Part shown: positions 33,723-46,059 of the stretch, piece by piece
Numbering within the stretch: position 1 is the stretch's first letter
Layout of the letters: the number at the start of each line of letters is the position of its first letter
Source: Rhodosorus marinus CCMP1338
Taxonomy: Eukaryota > Plantae > Rhodophyta
Direction: 5' to 3'
Assembly: GCA_029953675.1 (NCBI GenBank)
Contig: JAMWBK010000006.1
Location: forward strand, 1,116,001-1,180,000
DNA length: 64,000 bases
Position numbers and translations under genes: made by a program
The notes under the pieces: generated by a model
Seen by the model: only the letters and a program-made list of their open reading frames with translations
What the model was told of the DNA's origin: nothing
Databases searched by the model: none

Positions 33723-34628
33723 GCGCCGACCAGGAGCCATGCACAGCGATGATGAAGCAAAGATTTCGTAGATGAGATCGCTACGATCGACCCGAAAGGG
33801 GTCGGAATGGACATAGTCACAAGCGTATAGGATGGTCTGGACATCTTATGGAATGCGTGTTCCCTGCGTTCCCCTCCATCAGTATTCGGGAATTGTAGCT
33901 GGATATTAATGTAAATAGTTTGCGAGACAGCATCCACGGGTTATGGTCCTACAGCTGAAACCCGAACGGGACTGTCTGCGGTAAGACGTTGATAAAAAAA
34001 ATAATTCAAACGTGGTGAGCAGATCTTTGGTATCCGCTCCCAAAGTTCTTCGCCTTTGGTGCCCGTTGTCGGCGACGCATATTGCATCTCTGATCACTAG
34101 CATCGCAAAGTGGTGTCTGCAAGGTTCTAGCGACATATTTTTACCCCCAGCACTAACCCCTTCGAGCCCACTGATCGTGCGCTCACTTGTGAGTCCTGCC
34201 GACATTTGGAGAACTTCGCTTCTCGAACTTTGCTTCTCGGTTTTTTCAAGGAGGTTCAGGGTCCAACTAAGTGAGCGGTTGATTTGGGGTTGATTGGGAG
34301 AATTCCTCTTTGACGACCTGGGTCAAGGCTCTCATCCTATAGACGTTAACGTCTCTCATCTATGGAATTCCTCCGGAATCGTTAAAAAGAAATAGAGCGG
34401 TTGCAGAGCTGTTGTGACCTAGTCCACAAAAAAAGGAGTTTCACTACGGAAGGGGTTAACACCTTAGATACCGGATAAGGTCAGCATCTTACTCTGCTAC
34501 GAGATAGGGGTCATAACAACTACCCTAGGTTCCATTTCTACGCGAATGCCCAGCGATACGTTCCCCGCGCGTAAACGTATCTACTAAACATTAAATTATA
34601 TTCTTTACTAAAACGCGAAATTCTTGAC

Positions 34629-34701
34629 GCTCGCTTGGCCCAATGGATAAGGCGTCTGCCTCCGGAGCAGAAGATTCCAGGTTCGAGTCCTGGGGTGAGC
34701 G
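34629..34701 (+). tRNA. trnR-CCG: tRNA-Arg (anticodon CCG), 73 nt, no intron
   Basis: GCTCGCT acceptor pairs with GGTGAGC. Anticodon arm TCTGC-CTCCGGA-GCAGA; T-loop GGTTCGAGTCC. Confidence 0.97.
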
Positions 34702-34718
34702 CGACAATAGTTTGAAAC

Positions 34719-34727
34719 TTTTTTTTT
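34719..34727 (+). terminator. RNA polymerase III terminator (T9) of tRNA-Arg
   Basis: Run of nine T starting 18 nt after the tRNA 3' end. Confidence 0.8.
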
Positions 34728-35210
34728 GGCAATCTGTCTCATACATAGTGTCCGATATCTTCAGATATTCGCAGCTTTTCATCGTTCAAGTAGAAGCCAA
34801 TCCACCAGGAGTTTTGGTTTTGAGCAAAATGCATGCCGCTTATCCTCGTCCAGTCGAGACATGGTTTGGGCATCATTGGACGCATCTGTTTCCAAGCAAG
34901 AATACCAGGTCGTAAACTAATATACGCGTCATACTTTTGCGCCCTCGGCGTTGCTTTGGTCGACCAGCTTGCGCTGGGCGGGGATCAATGACAGTGAGCA
35001 AGTTGAAGTATCCGCTGGACATCCCTCCGTGACTTGCCATGTGTTTACCGACTTCGAAGGACGCTTCCGTCGTAGAACATGTCGACCACCTCCCCGCGCC
35101 CCCAAAAGTAGGAATCTCTTGAGAAGGTGGATAAGTCAAAGCTCTGTTAAAACCTACTAATAAATAAATCTGCAACTTCTTCAAAAGTAAGTTAGTCACG
35201 GGAGCATCTC

Positions 35211-38200
35211 TCATGCTCTCTTTGCGATAAGCGCAAACTCTTCTTCGTCCAAGTTGAAGCTCTCCTTATCGCCTGCTCGATCCCCGCTGTCCTCATCGAA
35301 AGCCACAACATGTCGAAGCTTCTCGTAGTTAACAATTGTGCCAAAGTACCATCGTTTCGTATCGGACTGCAGCTCCTTCCGTGGTAAAGAGATCTAAAAA
35401 GAATAACCACAAACAACAGATCAGATCAGATTGCAACAGCTGCGGCCGCTCAGACCCGCCCTACAACTTGTGCCCTACCTTAACACGTATTCCGATGAGC
35501 TTCTTCCCGGCTTTCTTCAGAGCAGAAGACATGGAAGTGCCACTCGGAGGTGACGGAGTAGCCTTTAAACTAGCCTCTGGCGCGGTCACCCCTTTCTTGT
35601 CATGCAAGATTCGCTTCTTCGGCGTTTTGCTCCCTTTGCCTTGGTAGCCGATATCATTCAATTTTATGGACACCGTGCGCTCCCTTCCAGAACGCCTCTT
35701 CGCACTGTCTGGCTCGCTCTGCGGAGTGCTAGTGTTTGTCGGAGAAGCTAGCGTGAACTCCTTCTGCGAGTGTTTTCGAAAACAGAAAAGCCCACATTAG
35801 AAGATCTATGCAAATAGCTCAGGCCTTGAGGACACCATCTCCTACCATTGAAGATGTCCTCGCCTCTGGTCCAAGCTCTAGAGTTGGCAGCCTTAATTCT
35901 GTGGTTCTCGGGGTTTCCTTGTCCTCCGACGCCGACTTCTTATCTTCCCTGGTTGGCGCCTTCTTCACATTCTTGGAATTCAACGCGAGCTCTACCTTGA
36001 CCACGACCTTGGACGGCGTGCTCTTCGCTTCCCTAGTAGGAGTCCTCCTCGTGCTCATGACAGGCGCGTGTGAATCCAGATTTTCCTTTTTTTTCGACGG
36101 TGTCTCCCTGGGTTCTTCAGACGCAGCAACCTTGGAATGGCTTGGCTTTGTGGACGAGGCTTTCGTTGGCCTCTGGGATGGTTTTTTCTTCGCTTCCATA
36201 TCAGGGCCTGCAAGCTTGTCATCGCTCGCATCCTTTGAAACCGCCTTCAGTGGCCCCGTAATTGTCTTCTTCCTCACATTCCTCTCACGCGTAGCATCGT
36301 TCGACACGTCCAGGTTTCTTTTGTGCGGGTTCCTTAACTCTCTGGATGGTGTAGTCTTCGGCTGCTTCTCATACTCAACACGCTCGGAGTTGCTTACATC
36401 CTTGCCGGGCGTGCTCCTCAACTCCCTCGTCGGCGCCCTCTTCACATCATTCTCAACAACCGCAGAATCGGAAGCCTTCAGATCCTTTCCTGCAACACCG
36501 CGATCCGACGTCCTCAAATCCCTGGAGCGGGCGTTCCGTAGTTCTCGCGTATCAGTCTTCTTCTCTTGATTGTCTTCGACGGTCGAGTCCGAGAGGTTCA
36601 TATCCTTCGCAAGAACATTCCGTCGTTCCCTCGTTAAGGTCTTTTCCAATTTCTTTTCAAAAGCTTTGATGTTCGACTTCTTCAGCTCCTTGGCGGGTTC
36701 CTGCTCTCGTTCGGTGGGCATGGTCGTGTTCGCGTCCTGTCGTACGACAACAGCCGAATGCCCAGGTTCCTGAGCGGTTCTCGCATTCTCTTCTTCGGTG
36801 AGCACTTTCGGTAGCTGAGTCGTTGGCGTGTCCTTCTCTGCAAGAGGCGGAAGATTTTTGGTCTGCGACCGACTCCTATGCCTGAGCTCCCTCGTCGGGG
36901 GGTCCTGCGACGGAGGAGCAGTACACCCTTTCGACTGCGTAGCTGTGGCGCTCTGGGTCCTGCTACCTCTGAGTTCGGCGTCAACCGCTAGGTTCTCAAC
37001 CTCTTCTTTGCTAGCTGATTTCGGCTGGTTGAGCTTTTCATTCCCTTTCGCAGCGTCATCAAGCTTGATTTCCTTCCCGTTCAGCTTCTCACCAACCGGC
37101 TCCGCCCTGTCCTCAGGTTTCGACTTGTTGCTCACTTTCTGGAGTTTTTCACTATTCTTGGAATTCAGTTCAACCGCGGGAGCTGCAGTCAGGGATTTCT
37201 CAACACTGGTAGTACTCCTCGGTCGCAGCAGTTTATCTAGATCAGATTCCCACTCGTCACCACCAAACTTGGAGCTCCTTCTCCTTTCTCGCGGGGGACG
37301 CTTAGAAGCAGCAGGCTTCGGGCAGACAGCTTCGATGTTCTTCACGTTCTTAACCTTCCTGGTGCCACCTGTGTCTGTTTTCTCTGGAACAGGTTTAGTG
37401 TTCCTTACTCCCGCAGCCTGGGTGTGAGGACGGACCAAATAAAAGCTCAGATGGTCTCGTTCGCGAACTATCAAATAACTCGTGATCGTTTACGCTAGCT
37501 CTGTGTGCCCTGTGCGGGCAGTCCATACCTTTGCAGGCGGTTCAGAATTCGGCGATTGCGGCTCTGCAACAAGTCGAGTATCATCTTTCTCCCACTTCTG
37601 CAATGACGCAATCCAGAGATCGACGATTCGAAAAGAAGTTAAGATTGGCGGAGCTTGACGTCGATTTACGTAAATTGAGCAAAACCTCACCTGCGTGGCA
37701 TTCTTGCGTTTTCCGGTTGAACTACCCGCCCTCTCGGCTGTGTTACCGGACTCCGATTCCTGCTGTCACCACGTTTCCTCAGGTCAGAGCGAGGCAGTTC
37801 TTATAAACCGACGAGTAAATCAGAAAGGGTGATTCGCGAGTTCACCTTCGAAGGGGCAGCCGCCTCAGGCTCAGAGGGCTGTTCCTGTTCTAGTGAACCC
37901 TCTGCCGGTTGTTCTGGTTGGATCCTCTTCGGCTTGCATTCTTCCGCAGCCTGCCATTGAGGTTTCTGATAGCGAGGCAAACGTCCATTGGGCACTTAGT
38001 TCTGTGAAAACGCAACACCCGAACAGCAAAGGCGCCTGCAAGGACTCTTTGGATACCTCTTCAAGCAACATCTCCTCCTTGGCCGAATTGCCCTTTTCTC
38101 TAGACCCGGAAACGGGGGTTTCCAACTGCTCGGGTTCAGCTTTCGCGGCAAGGTCTTGAACCTGTTTCGAATTCATGTTTCGTTCAGATGCAGCTGCTGG

Positions 38201-39093
38201 TCCTTGCGTTCCAAAGAGTCTAAAGGATTGCATTGGAGTAGTAACATCGTACCTCTTTTGAGAGAACAACCCAATCATCCTGTATTCGAGAAGAACCCTC
38301 AAGTGCGCTGCTGCTTTGTACGTCTTCTCTACCAGTGGCATCCACTCTCTCATCTAGAGCTGTTTTCCGTGGTGAGTGCTTATCAACGTCTTTCTTGTTG
38401 ACCTCGATAGGGGTATCCTTCCGTATGGCAAAAGCGGAAGGATCTTGCTTAACCAAACTCGGCTTCTCCTAATCAAGTCAACACTTCAGCGCACGGGTTC
38501 TGTTCTCCAATAACGATATGTTGCGCTCCATCCTACCTCCTCCTTGTGGTCGATTTTGATATCTGGTTCAGCAGTAGAAGCACTTCCGTTGATCTCAGCC
38601 TTAACAGTAGGACGTGTGTCAATAACGGGTTTTGGAACATCTGGGTTGGTCCCTTTGCTGGTGGTAGCCGCTTTCTTAGCAATACCCTCAATCATGTCCG
38701 CTGCATTCTTCTTGATCACATTTTCTACTTGATCCAGAGCACGTTCCACGCTCTCACCAACGTTTAGGTACACCTTGCTCTGTGCTAGCCGCCGTCTGAC
38801 CTCTCTCAGAGCCGTCGGGCGATCTGCCCCAACGCAGAATCTCTCAAGCACCTCCTTCGCCTATGAAACCCAAAACAAAGAAAGGGTTTGCATCGTTTAA
38901 ACCGTCTAATCAACCCAAAACAGAATGGAAAAGACCCAAAAGCTTTCATCCTCACTCGTTTTCGGGACTGTCTCTTGAGCTCATCCTCCTCCTCACGGAG
39001 AACGCTCTCAATCACTTGACGACGAAGCAAATCGACACTTCCCTCTCTCAACATAGCGTCAAGTACAAGTCGACTTGAAGGGAGCTTGTCCAT
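35211..39093 (-). CDS. BOD1/Shg1 (COMPASS-associated)-like N-terminal domain, long low-complexity region and C-terminal Tudor-like domain; multi-exon
   Basis: N-terminus LVLDAMLREGSVDLLRRQVIESV...LREVRRRLAQS resembles the BOD1/Shg1 helical domain. In-frame GT-AG exons connect it to the ~550-codon ORF (37474-35819). The last exons give KKLIGIRVK/ISLPRKELQSDTKRWYFGTIVNYEKLRHVVAFDED...KESFNLDEEEF, a PDS5-type Tudor pattern. TGA at 35213-35211. Confidence 0.6.
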
Positions 39094-39166
39094 GTTTGTT
39101 TTCTCCGCCTTTACCGACTCGATTCGTGACTCAAGAGCAACCTAAAAAAGCAAACTGTTTCATTCA

Positions 39167-40760
39167 CTAGATGGACCCTCCCAGGTTCTTAAGAGCACTG
39201 CCTTTGGTAGCCGGTAAAATGCTAGCGAGCAATAGTTCTCTCGACGATAACGTTGCGACCTTTTTCATCCAGCAAACCAGGTTACATTCCGTTACGTTGC
39301 CAAGGCGCTCCACCGTTAACCTAGCTCGACCTTGACATTGTTGAGCACCTCCTCGTAATTCAATTCTATCCTCTGACGTCTGTTTGGCCGGTAGAAGGGC
39401 TTCCCAACGCTGTAGATTCTCCGATGCAGTCAACCTGTCCCAACCCGCCTCTCCAATCGTCTTCGCGAGTAGGACACAGCCCAAGGCTCTTGGAGAAAAC
39501 TGTATGGGGCAGCCATCAAGAGGATTCGGTTAGACGAGCTTTGCTTTAGGGGTTTCCAGAGTATGAAATGAAAACTTCCTGCCGCTCCGTACCATGCTGG
39601 TCGTTTGCAAGTCTGCAGGCTTCCTTCTTGGGCAATGAAATCTCGAGGTGACTGAGGGTATTTGACGCTCTGAGAAGGGCAATGGAGTGTGAAGGTCTGA
39701 GCAGAATAGCAGGGCTTTTGTCGGATAGGAGTGGTCCTTGGGACGAATGTGACTATTATTCATCAAGACTCCTACTCAAGACTCCTCCTCAGACCTTCGG
39801 ATCTTGTGGAGTATGTCTTGAGCATCGAAGGTATTCAGGCATATGGAAAAATGCGGATCGTCGGTTCGCTGACTTGGCTTTGGAAAGCGCAAGTAGAGCT
39901 GCGAAGTTAAGCGAGGTTGATACGCCAGGCGATTATGCATGTCCCAATGCGTGTTAGCCCTGATATCGCCACACGGTCTCAGAGGTCGGTTGCGTTGGGA
40001 TGGATTCAATCGAACCATTTTCAGCCACCCGAGGAGTGCTTGCACATCGAATAAAAACAAGCAGTGTCGGTAGATTCCTGAGACCTTTACGTCCCCTCAG
40101 TAAAAAGTTTTGTTTGGTATGGCGCTGAGTTGTATCCCAATAAACGCATGATCGGCACAACGTTATATACAGTATTAGGCGAGAAGCGCCGATAGATACC
40201 AGCCACCGGCCGGCGAAAGATTTCAGCTTCTTGCATTCTGGTGGCATTCTGCTCAAAGGAGTCCGCGTAAGACATACTACAGTGGCTTGATGCTCGTCAT
40301 GCGGAGCTACTCCCAATACGCATACCGAGCCTCAGCCACGGGAATATGTCGTATAGGGATTCCCCCCCAATCAGAGGATCGAGGCCGTCGTTTGAGTCTC
40401 AAAGCATCACCAGCATTCCTCTCTCAACCTATACGATATAGCGAATCTTCTTTTCACGCAAGTGTTCTAATACAGAGGCGACGGGAGAAAGCCAGATAGG
40501 ATGCCATGAGCGTTCTGAACTCGTTTGCGACCAGCAGCACAAGGGAATTTCCTCGAACAACCACGATCCCCTGGGGAACGAGAACGAATCTTGGTCATCC
40601 CCCTTCTTCTGTGAAGCGAAGGAGCTAATGACTGCCCCCTCCTCCTCTCCCAAACGAGCAAACGAATCATCTTTCGGCCCTAACATAGCAAATCCCAAAC
40701 CGGACCAAAGAGAGCAGGACAGCTCCAACGTCGAGAGGATGTCGGACCAGCATTAACCGC
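39167..40760 (-). CDS. Probable multi-exon hypothetical gene, family not recognised
   Basis: Several protein-like frames are bounded by GT/AG signals, e.g. HPIWLSPVASVLEHLREKKIR, MQEAEIFRRPVAGIYRRFSPNTVYNVVPIMRLLGY, HWDMHNRLAYQPRLTSQLYLRFPKP and TFTLHCPSQSVKYPQSPRDFIAQEG. A C-rich plus-strand tract at ~40945-41005 matches the upstream signature of other minus-strand genes. No complete model was built. Confidence 0.3.
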
Positions 40761-43700
40761 ATCAGTCGACATGCAAATAGAAGAAAGACCATCTCACAAT
40801 GCCATTGCCAAAGTACTTGCGCCCATCCAGCACGAGTACGACATGCGCAATACACACCCTGAACATGCATCAAATTTTTTATTGCTCTGAGAACAGATGA
40901 CCATTGGATCGTTATCTAATCCAAAATCTAAATGTTAAAGATTCCGCCTCCGTCTCCCTCTCTTTCACCATCCTCCCAGTCTAATCCCCCCTCATTCCCG
41001 TCTTTCCACATACCATTGGTAAATATCTTTGTCTGACATATTCAATTAAATTTCGAATTTTACACCGAAAGCAACATCGGATCCAAGAGAGATAAAAAAA
41101 GGTGGGGAAGTTGGGTTGGGGGGGGGTAGTGGGGGGGGGGTGGCAGAAACGTTTTTAGTGGGGTAAAACTTGTATTTTGTATTCGAGCAGAAAACGTTTT
41201 GTGGGTCGAGTGGACAATTCTTTACAGAAATCCAAAAAGGAAAATTGAATGTTTTGGCGTCACTTCCGATTGTCCCAAATGTTTAGGGGTTGTCATAAAA
41301 GGTCTGATTAAAGTTAATGGACACGTCCTGCTGAACGAAGGAAATACTATCTATCTGGAATAAACGAAGAAACTTCTAAGCATTTCAACGAAAATCTTCT
41401 TAAAAAACTGTCAAGTCTTTTATCGGACACATTTTTAAGGATTTTCATCCTAGATTCTTCGATTTTTCTTTTTTATTCAATATTATTTCCGTACTAATTG
41501 TGTACTATGGTTCTTTACTGGACGCAACATGACAACCCCACAAGTATCCCTTGCCTACCTTCCAAGGAAGACCCTGCGCTTGATGGGCATCATTGTGCGT
41601 GGGAGATGAAATGATGGCACTGAACTGAGATGCTCTGTGTTCCCTTGGGGACTCTTTAGATCGCGAAGATTGTTCCCCTTTTGGAGCTTGAGGCGTAGAG
41701 AAAGCACTTGCATATCCTGACAGGGGCTTAGGGAAACGGATGTCAGCTATAATCCGAATGCTCGATTTGAAGGCATCATCAGGACGGCGTCAGGTCGTTT
41801 GTAAAGTTCAGAGTGGCTATTTGCAAAGGTCGCGTTCCTCGCTATTGGGCTGTTTAAGGGGGTGGATATGTAGCATGGCTAAATGCTTTCGCCGGCACAG
41901 TGGAGTGTGGTGGTGGTACTGGGACGTTTAGACGCAAGGCCTCACCAGTACAAAATGAACAGAAAAGCACACTGGGAGTACACAGGCGGAAGTGCTCCGG
42001 CTCCCCAACAACGCGGCAGTCGAAGGAAAAGCGCTGTGTCGCAAAATGGAGGACAAAAGAAAGAAAATCCAAAGTGGCCAGAGCACACAGACAACCTCTG
42101 AAGCCGAAGCCTCTCGGAATTCGGACAGAGTTGGGACAGAGAACTGGTCTTCCACTATTTCGGATGTTTTCATCTGGTAGCACGCAGCCTATTTTCAACT
42201 CATGGCGCTTACAATTATTTTTTGCCAGGTGCGGTACGCAATAGATATCTACAAAGAGGCCCCTTCAGCATCACCCCTACCAACGCGGTGGACGACGTTT
42301 GCTGTTAGTTGGAGACGTAGAGACGTACTCAACTAGTACCCGGCCCCAATTTTAATCTTTTGTTAATGCCCTTCGAAAAATAGCAATCAACAACGAAAAC
42401 ACCAAAAAAAAATTTGGGATCCATGGAAGCCATAAAATATTTTCAAATTATATGTCTCTTTTTTTGTCGATTTGCAATCCGGATCTATTGAATTCAAAAT
42501 AAAAAAACCGGAGGTTGTCCCAACGAAAACGCATATGTGGGAGGGGTGGGGGAAAAGGTTTCATTTGGAGCTAAGGTCTTTCTTGCTTTCCAAAAACGAG
42601 CATAATCTAGAAGAGGGCTTGACAGTTTCCAACCCCTCGGTCAAGCGTTCTGAAAAGAAACCAAACGTATCTCGCAAAACTCTTATCAATATGAGCTCTC
42701 CACACGACATCGAGAGCATTTGGTTTGAATGATTGCGAAGAAAAATTCGGACCGAATATCTACAGATTCTGAGCTTGGGAAGCGGAATGAGCGTCAAAAA
42801 AGGCGAAAGAATGATTTTTCCTTTAAAATAGATGAGTTGTTTTCTGTCCAAAGAGAGACTGGCTTTCGACGGCCATTGGAGAGCTTTTGCAGATTGAGGT
42901 TGCATCTCACAAAAAGTCGCTAAAATATTCTGATTATGAATATATCCGACGATTTGTGCAAGCTTATTCTCCACATTCAGACAAGAACACGTGAGCGAAT
43001 TGCTAATATCTTCAATACTATTGGTGAATTAGAAAGTATACATTGCAGAAATTTCTCCCTCGGTAACCCCCACGACAGATCAAACGAGGCCGTCCGCTGG
43101 AGCTGCCGCTTGAGATTTTTCAACAATTCAAGGTGATCATGAAGGTGGCGGAAATCAACGCCTCCAATGAAAAAACTCCAACGAACATTCTTACGCCTCC
43201 CCTTGTATTCTACAAAAAAGGAATTTTTTGGTCGAAATTTCCTAAAAGTAAACCAAATCAATAATCTCTTGGCATGGCAATCTGCCCCAGCCATTCGGAA
43301 AGGGGATTTTTCTATTCAGCGCTTTGTTCTCTCAGGAAAAATATAAGAAATATATGAAATTCATTTCATCGGGAGGACCGTAGTCTAAAAAAGTTTACCC
43401 TATCAGTTTTCAAAATATTCCTGAAATTTTTCATATTTCTTGACTTTTTTTTCTCCTTGTCACCCGTTTAGAAAATCCTTCAAACGTCGCGATCGGCCAA
43501 AAAGTTATTGCTACCATCGAAAAATCATGGATCGATTGGTGACACTAGACTGCGGTTCATTAACTAGGGGATTGGACGTGATTATTGTTTTGTTGAAGAG
43601 AATATACAGGCGGCGAGTTTGGGAGGGAGACGCGGGGAAGGGCAGAGGACCTGACGAGCTTTATACCTGAGGAGCTTTTTATTCCCAAGGAGTTTCAGCC

Positions 43701-44891
43701 GAATTCAGGACGGTTTTTTTGTTTTTTTTCTCTCTGTTGGTGTTTCCCATCAAGTCCGGATTGCAGTCACAGGCAGCAATTTGTGTCCATAACAAAATGT
43801 TTTGATCATTCAATATTTGCGAGTGTTTGTTTTTGGATCAATTGAGGGGGAGGAGGAGGAAGAGAAGTGCGTTGGTCTTGTCCCATACAAAAAAAGAAGA
43901 AATTTTCCCTCCTTTTTTTGCAAATCTACAAAATCCGCACTCCAATCCTCTCACAAGCAGCCAACGAGAGAGAGTGTAGAAAGAGAGGGACACATAAGCT
44001 AACAAAGGGGGCGTGCTGATGTCTGAACAGGACAAAAACTGCAGGAAGTTTGCAGTTTTGTATCATGACGGAAAACGACTCCCTCTCGAGGGAAACGGAT
44101 TACTTTCGTCAAAAAACGGCTTCATAAAATTTTGACAGTCATGAATTACATTTCTCTCTACCCCCCAGGAGTAGATATTCTTGTCCCAGAAACGAAATGT
44201 ACAATTCCCCCCCCCTTCCCTCGCTCTCATAGGAAACGAGGAAACGTCATATTTATTTAAATAAGGAAATAAAATATCAAATAGATAGTTCAAAGGGCTC
44301 AGTCTATTGCTCAGATATTCTTCGTTTTTGATTGGAGACGACTATGGGGGGGGGGGGAGGGGATGGATATTTGATCAATATGATGTTACCCAGAAAACTG
44401 TCTTACGTCGATTGCGGCTCGAAATGGTTAAGCGTTGTTGAGGACGTCATGTCGATCTGATCGGGTGCAGACGGGGGAAGGGATGCAGCAGGGAGGAGAA
44501 GCGGTTGGACTGGAGTTGGATCTCAATGTGGATGGTTGGATAGAATTTCGGTCTTAAAGCCCACTCGCTCTCAAAACCTCCGGAAGGGCAGCTGAGTTTA
44601 GCAGGCCGTGTAGATCGCGATTGTGACCTGTAGGTCTTCATCCGCGGTTTGGTTTTTCTTGTGGGTGGCTTTTGTTGCAGGCGGATTATAACAGGCAAAG
44701 GACAGGTTAAGGAGGAGCGGAAAAGGGAAAAGGACTGTACCCATACAGGTCGCTGGAAGAAGAGTTGAGGTGGTTGCACTGGTGATAGACCTGTGTGTGA
44801 GTTTTAAGCTGTTATTTGCAGGAGCTCGGTTTTTTCTGGAACCTGAGAGGGTGGAGTGTACATGATTGTGGCTATTGAAATTTGACTAGAA

Positions 44892-46059
44892 ATGACTTCA
44901 ACAAGAAGAGGAGTGCGTCAAGGGAGTGCTGTAACAAGCACAGGAAGGTGGGCGTTCCTAATTGAAAATTCAGGTGGCTGAGTTTTCAGACTGGTTCAGG
45001 ATTACTGAATTTTTCCTTCCTGTTTTTCAGCCGATTTGACTCATCTCTAAATCTGTTGACAAAGAAGTTTGAAAAGTTGGTGCAGGAATCTAATGGCGAA
45101 CTTGATTTGAACCAAGCGGCGGAACAGCTGAATGTGAAAAAGCGTAGAATCTACGACATTACAAATGGTATGAGCTTGAGCATCCTGAACAGCAAGAACT
45201 TTCTTTGTATCGTTGTCTGACTTTTTTTGTCCGCTGTCGTCAATCCATTTCGAAAATTGAATAGTTTTGGAAGGTATTGGTGTTATTGAGAAGAAGAGCA
45301 AGAACGTAATCATCTGGAAACGGAGCAAGGGTGCCGGGGTTAACAGTCAGGATGCTGGTGACCTTGCGAGGGCGCGAGAAGAGCTCGCTGACCTGACTGC
45401 GGAGGATCAAAAGCTTGATGATCAGATTCGGTCTTTGCAGGACTCGCTGCAATCGGTCGGGATGGACGATGGCGTTAACTATTCTTACATTTCGCATGAC
45501 GACATCAAGCGAATTCCGGAGCTGCAAAATGAGACTCTCATTGGCGTCCGAGCGCCTGCAGGAACCGAATTGAAGATTCCGGAGGCACAAGGAGACGGGA
45601 GAGCAGGTAGCCAAGAGTATGTTGAGGAGTCGGCGCCCGCCTGTGAACTATGGTTTACGAAGTTGTACCTTTCGACTAACGTTTCGTGCGTGAATGACCC
45701 CTTTGCAGAACGTATCAAATATTCCTGAAGTCTCCGGGAGGCGCTATAGACTGCTTTCTTGTCAGTTCAGGCGATTCAAGCTTCATGGCTGAATCCGAGG
45801 CTTCAATTGATAACAATCTTGACTGGCTATTGGAAGATACACCCTCCATGGGTTTTCCAAGGTGAGACGCCAAGGCAAGGACAAGACGTCGGAGCGCAAT
45901 ACTTATTTCGAATATTTCCTTTGCAACCGTTGCCGAGACAGGTTGACTACAGACGAAGGCCCAAACGCATACTTGTCGAACAACCCTGGCGACTGTTTGG
46001 ACGTTGACCGAGGTGTCGCCGACTTGTTCACGGAGGTTATCAGTGAGGGCCCTTCATGA
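44892..46059 (+). CDS. E2F: E2F transcription factor, multi-exon
   Basis: DNA-binding domain [13 protein letters not shown]...[40 protein letters not shown]. Coiled coil plus marked box ([39 protein letters not shown]). C-terminal Rb-binding-like DRGVADLF. The start ATG at 44892 is likely, but an upstream exon cannot be excluded. Confidence 0.96.

Noticed and set aside
33716-34300. Minus-strand ORFs between VPS35 and tRNA-Arg
   Set aside because: Splice-like signals exist, but no consistent or recognisable product could be built.
34770-35130. Small spliced minus-strand gene after the BOD1-like gene
   Set aside because: One plausible intron and a short frame only; no start codon or homology support.
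35808-37427. Plus-strand ORFs of 253 and 199 aa
   Set aside because: Antisense shadows of the low-complexity BOD1-like coding exon.
41740-42244. Cluster of short ORFs downstream of the orphan G-tract at ~41100
   Set aside because: Overlapping frames on both strands with no recognisable motif; I cannot choose a model.
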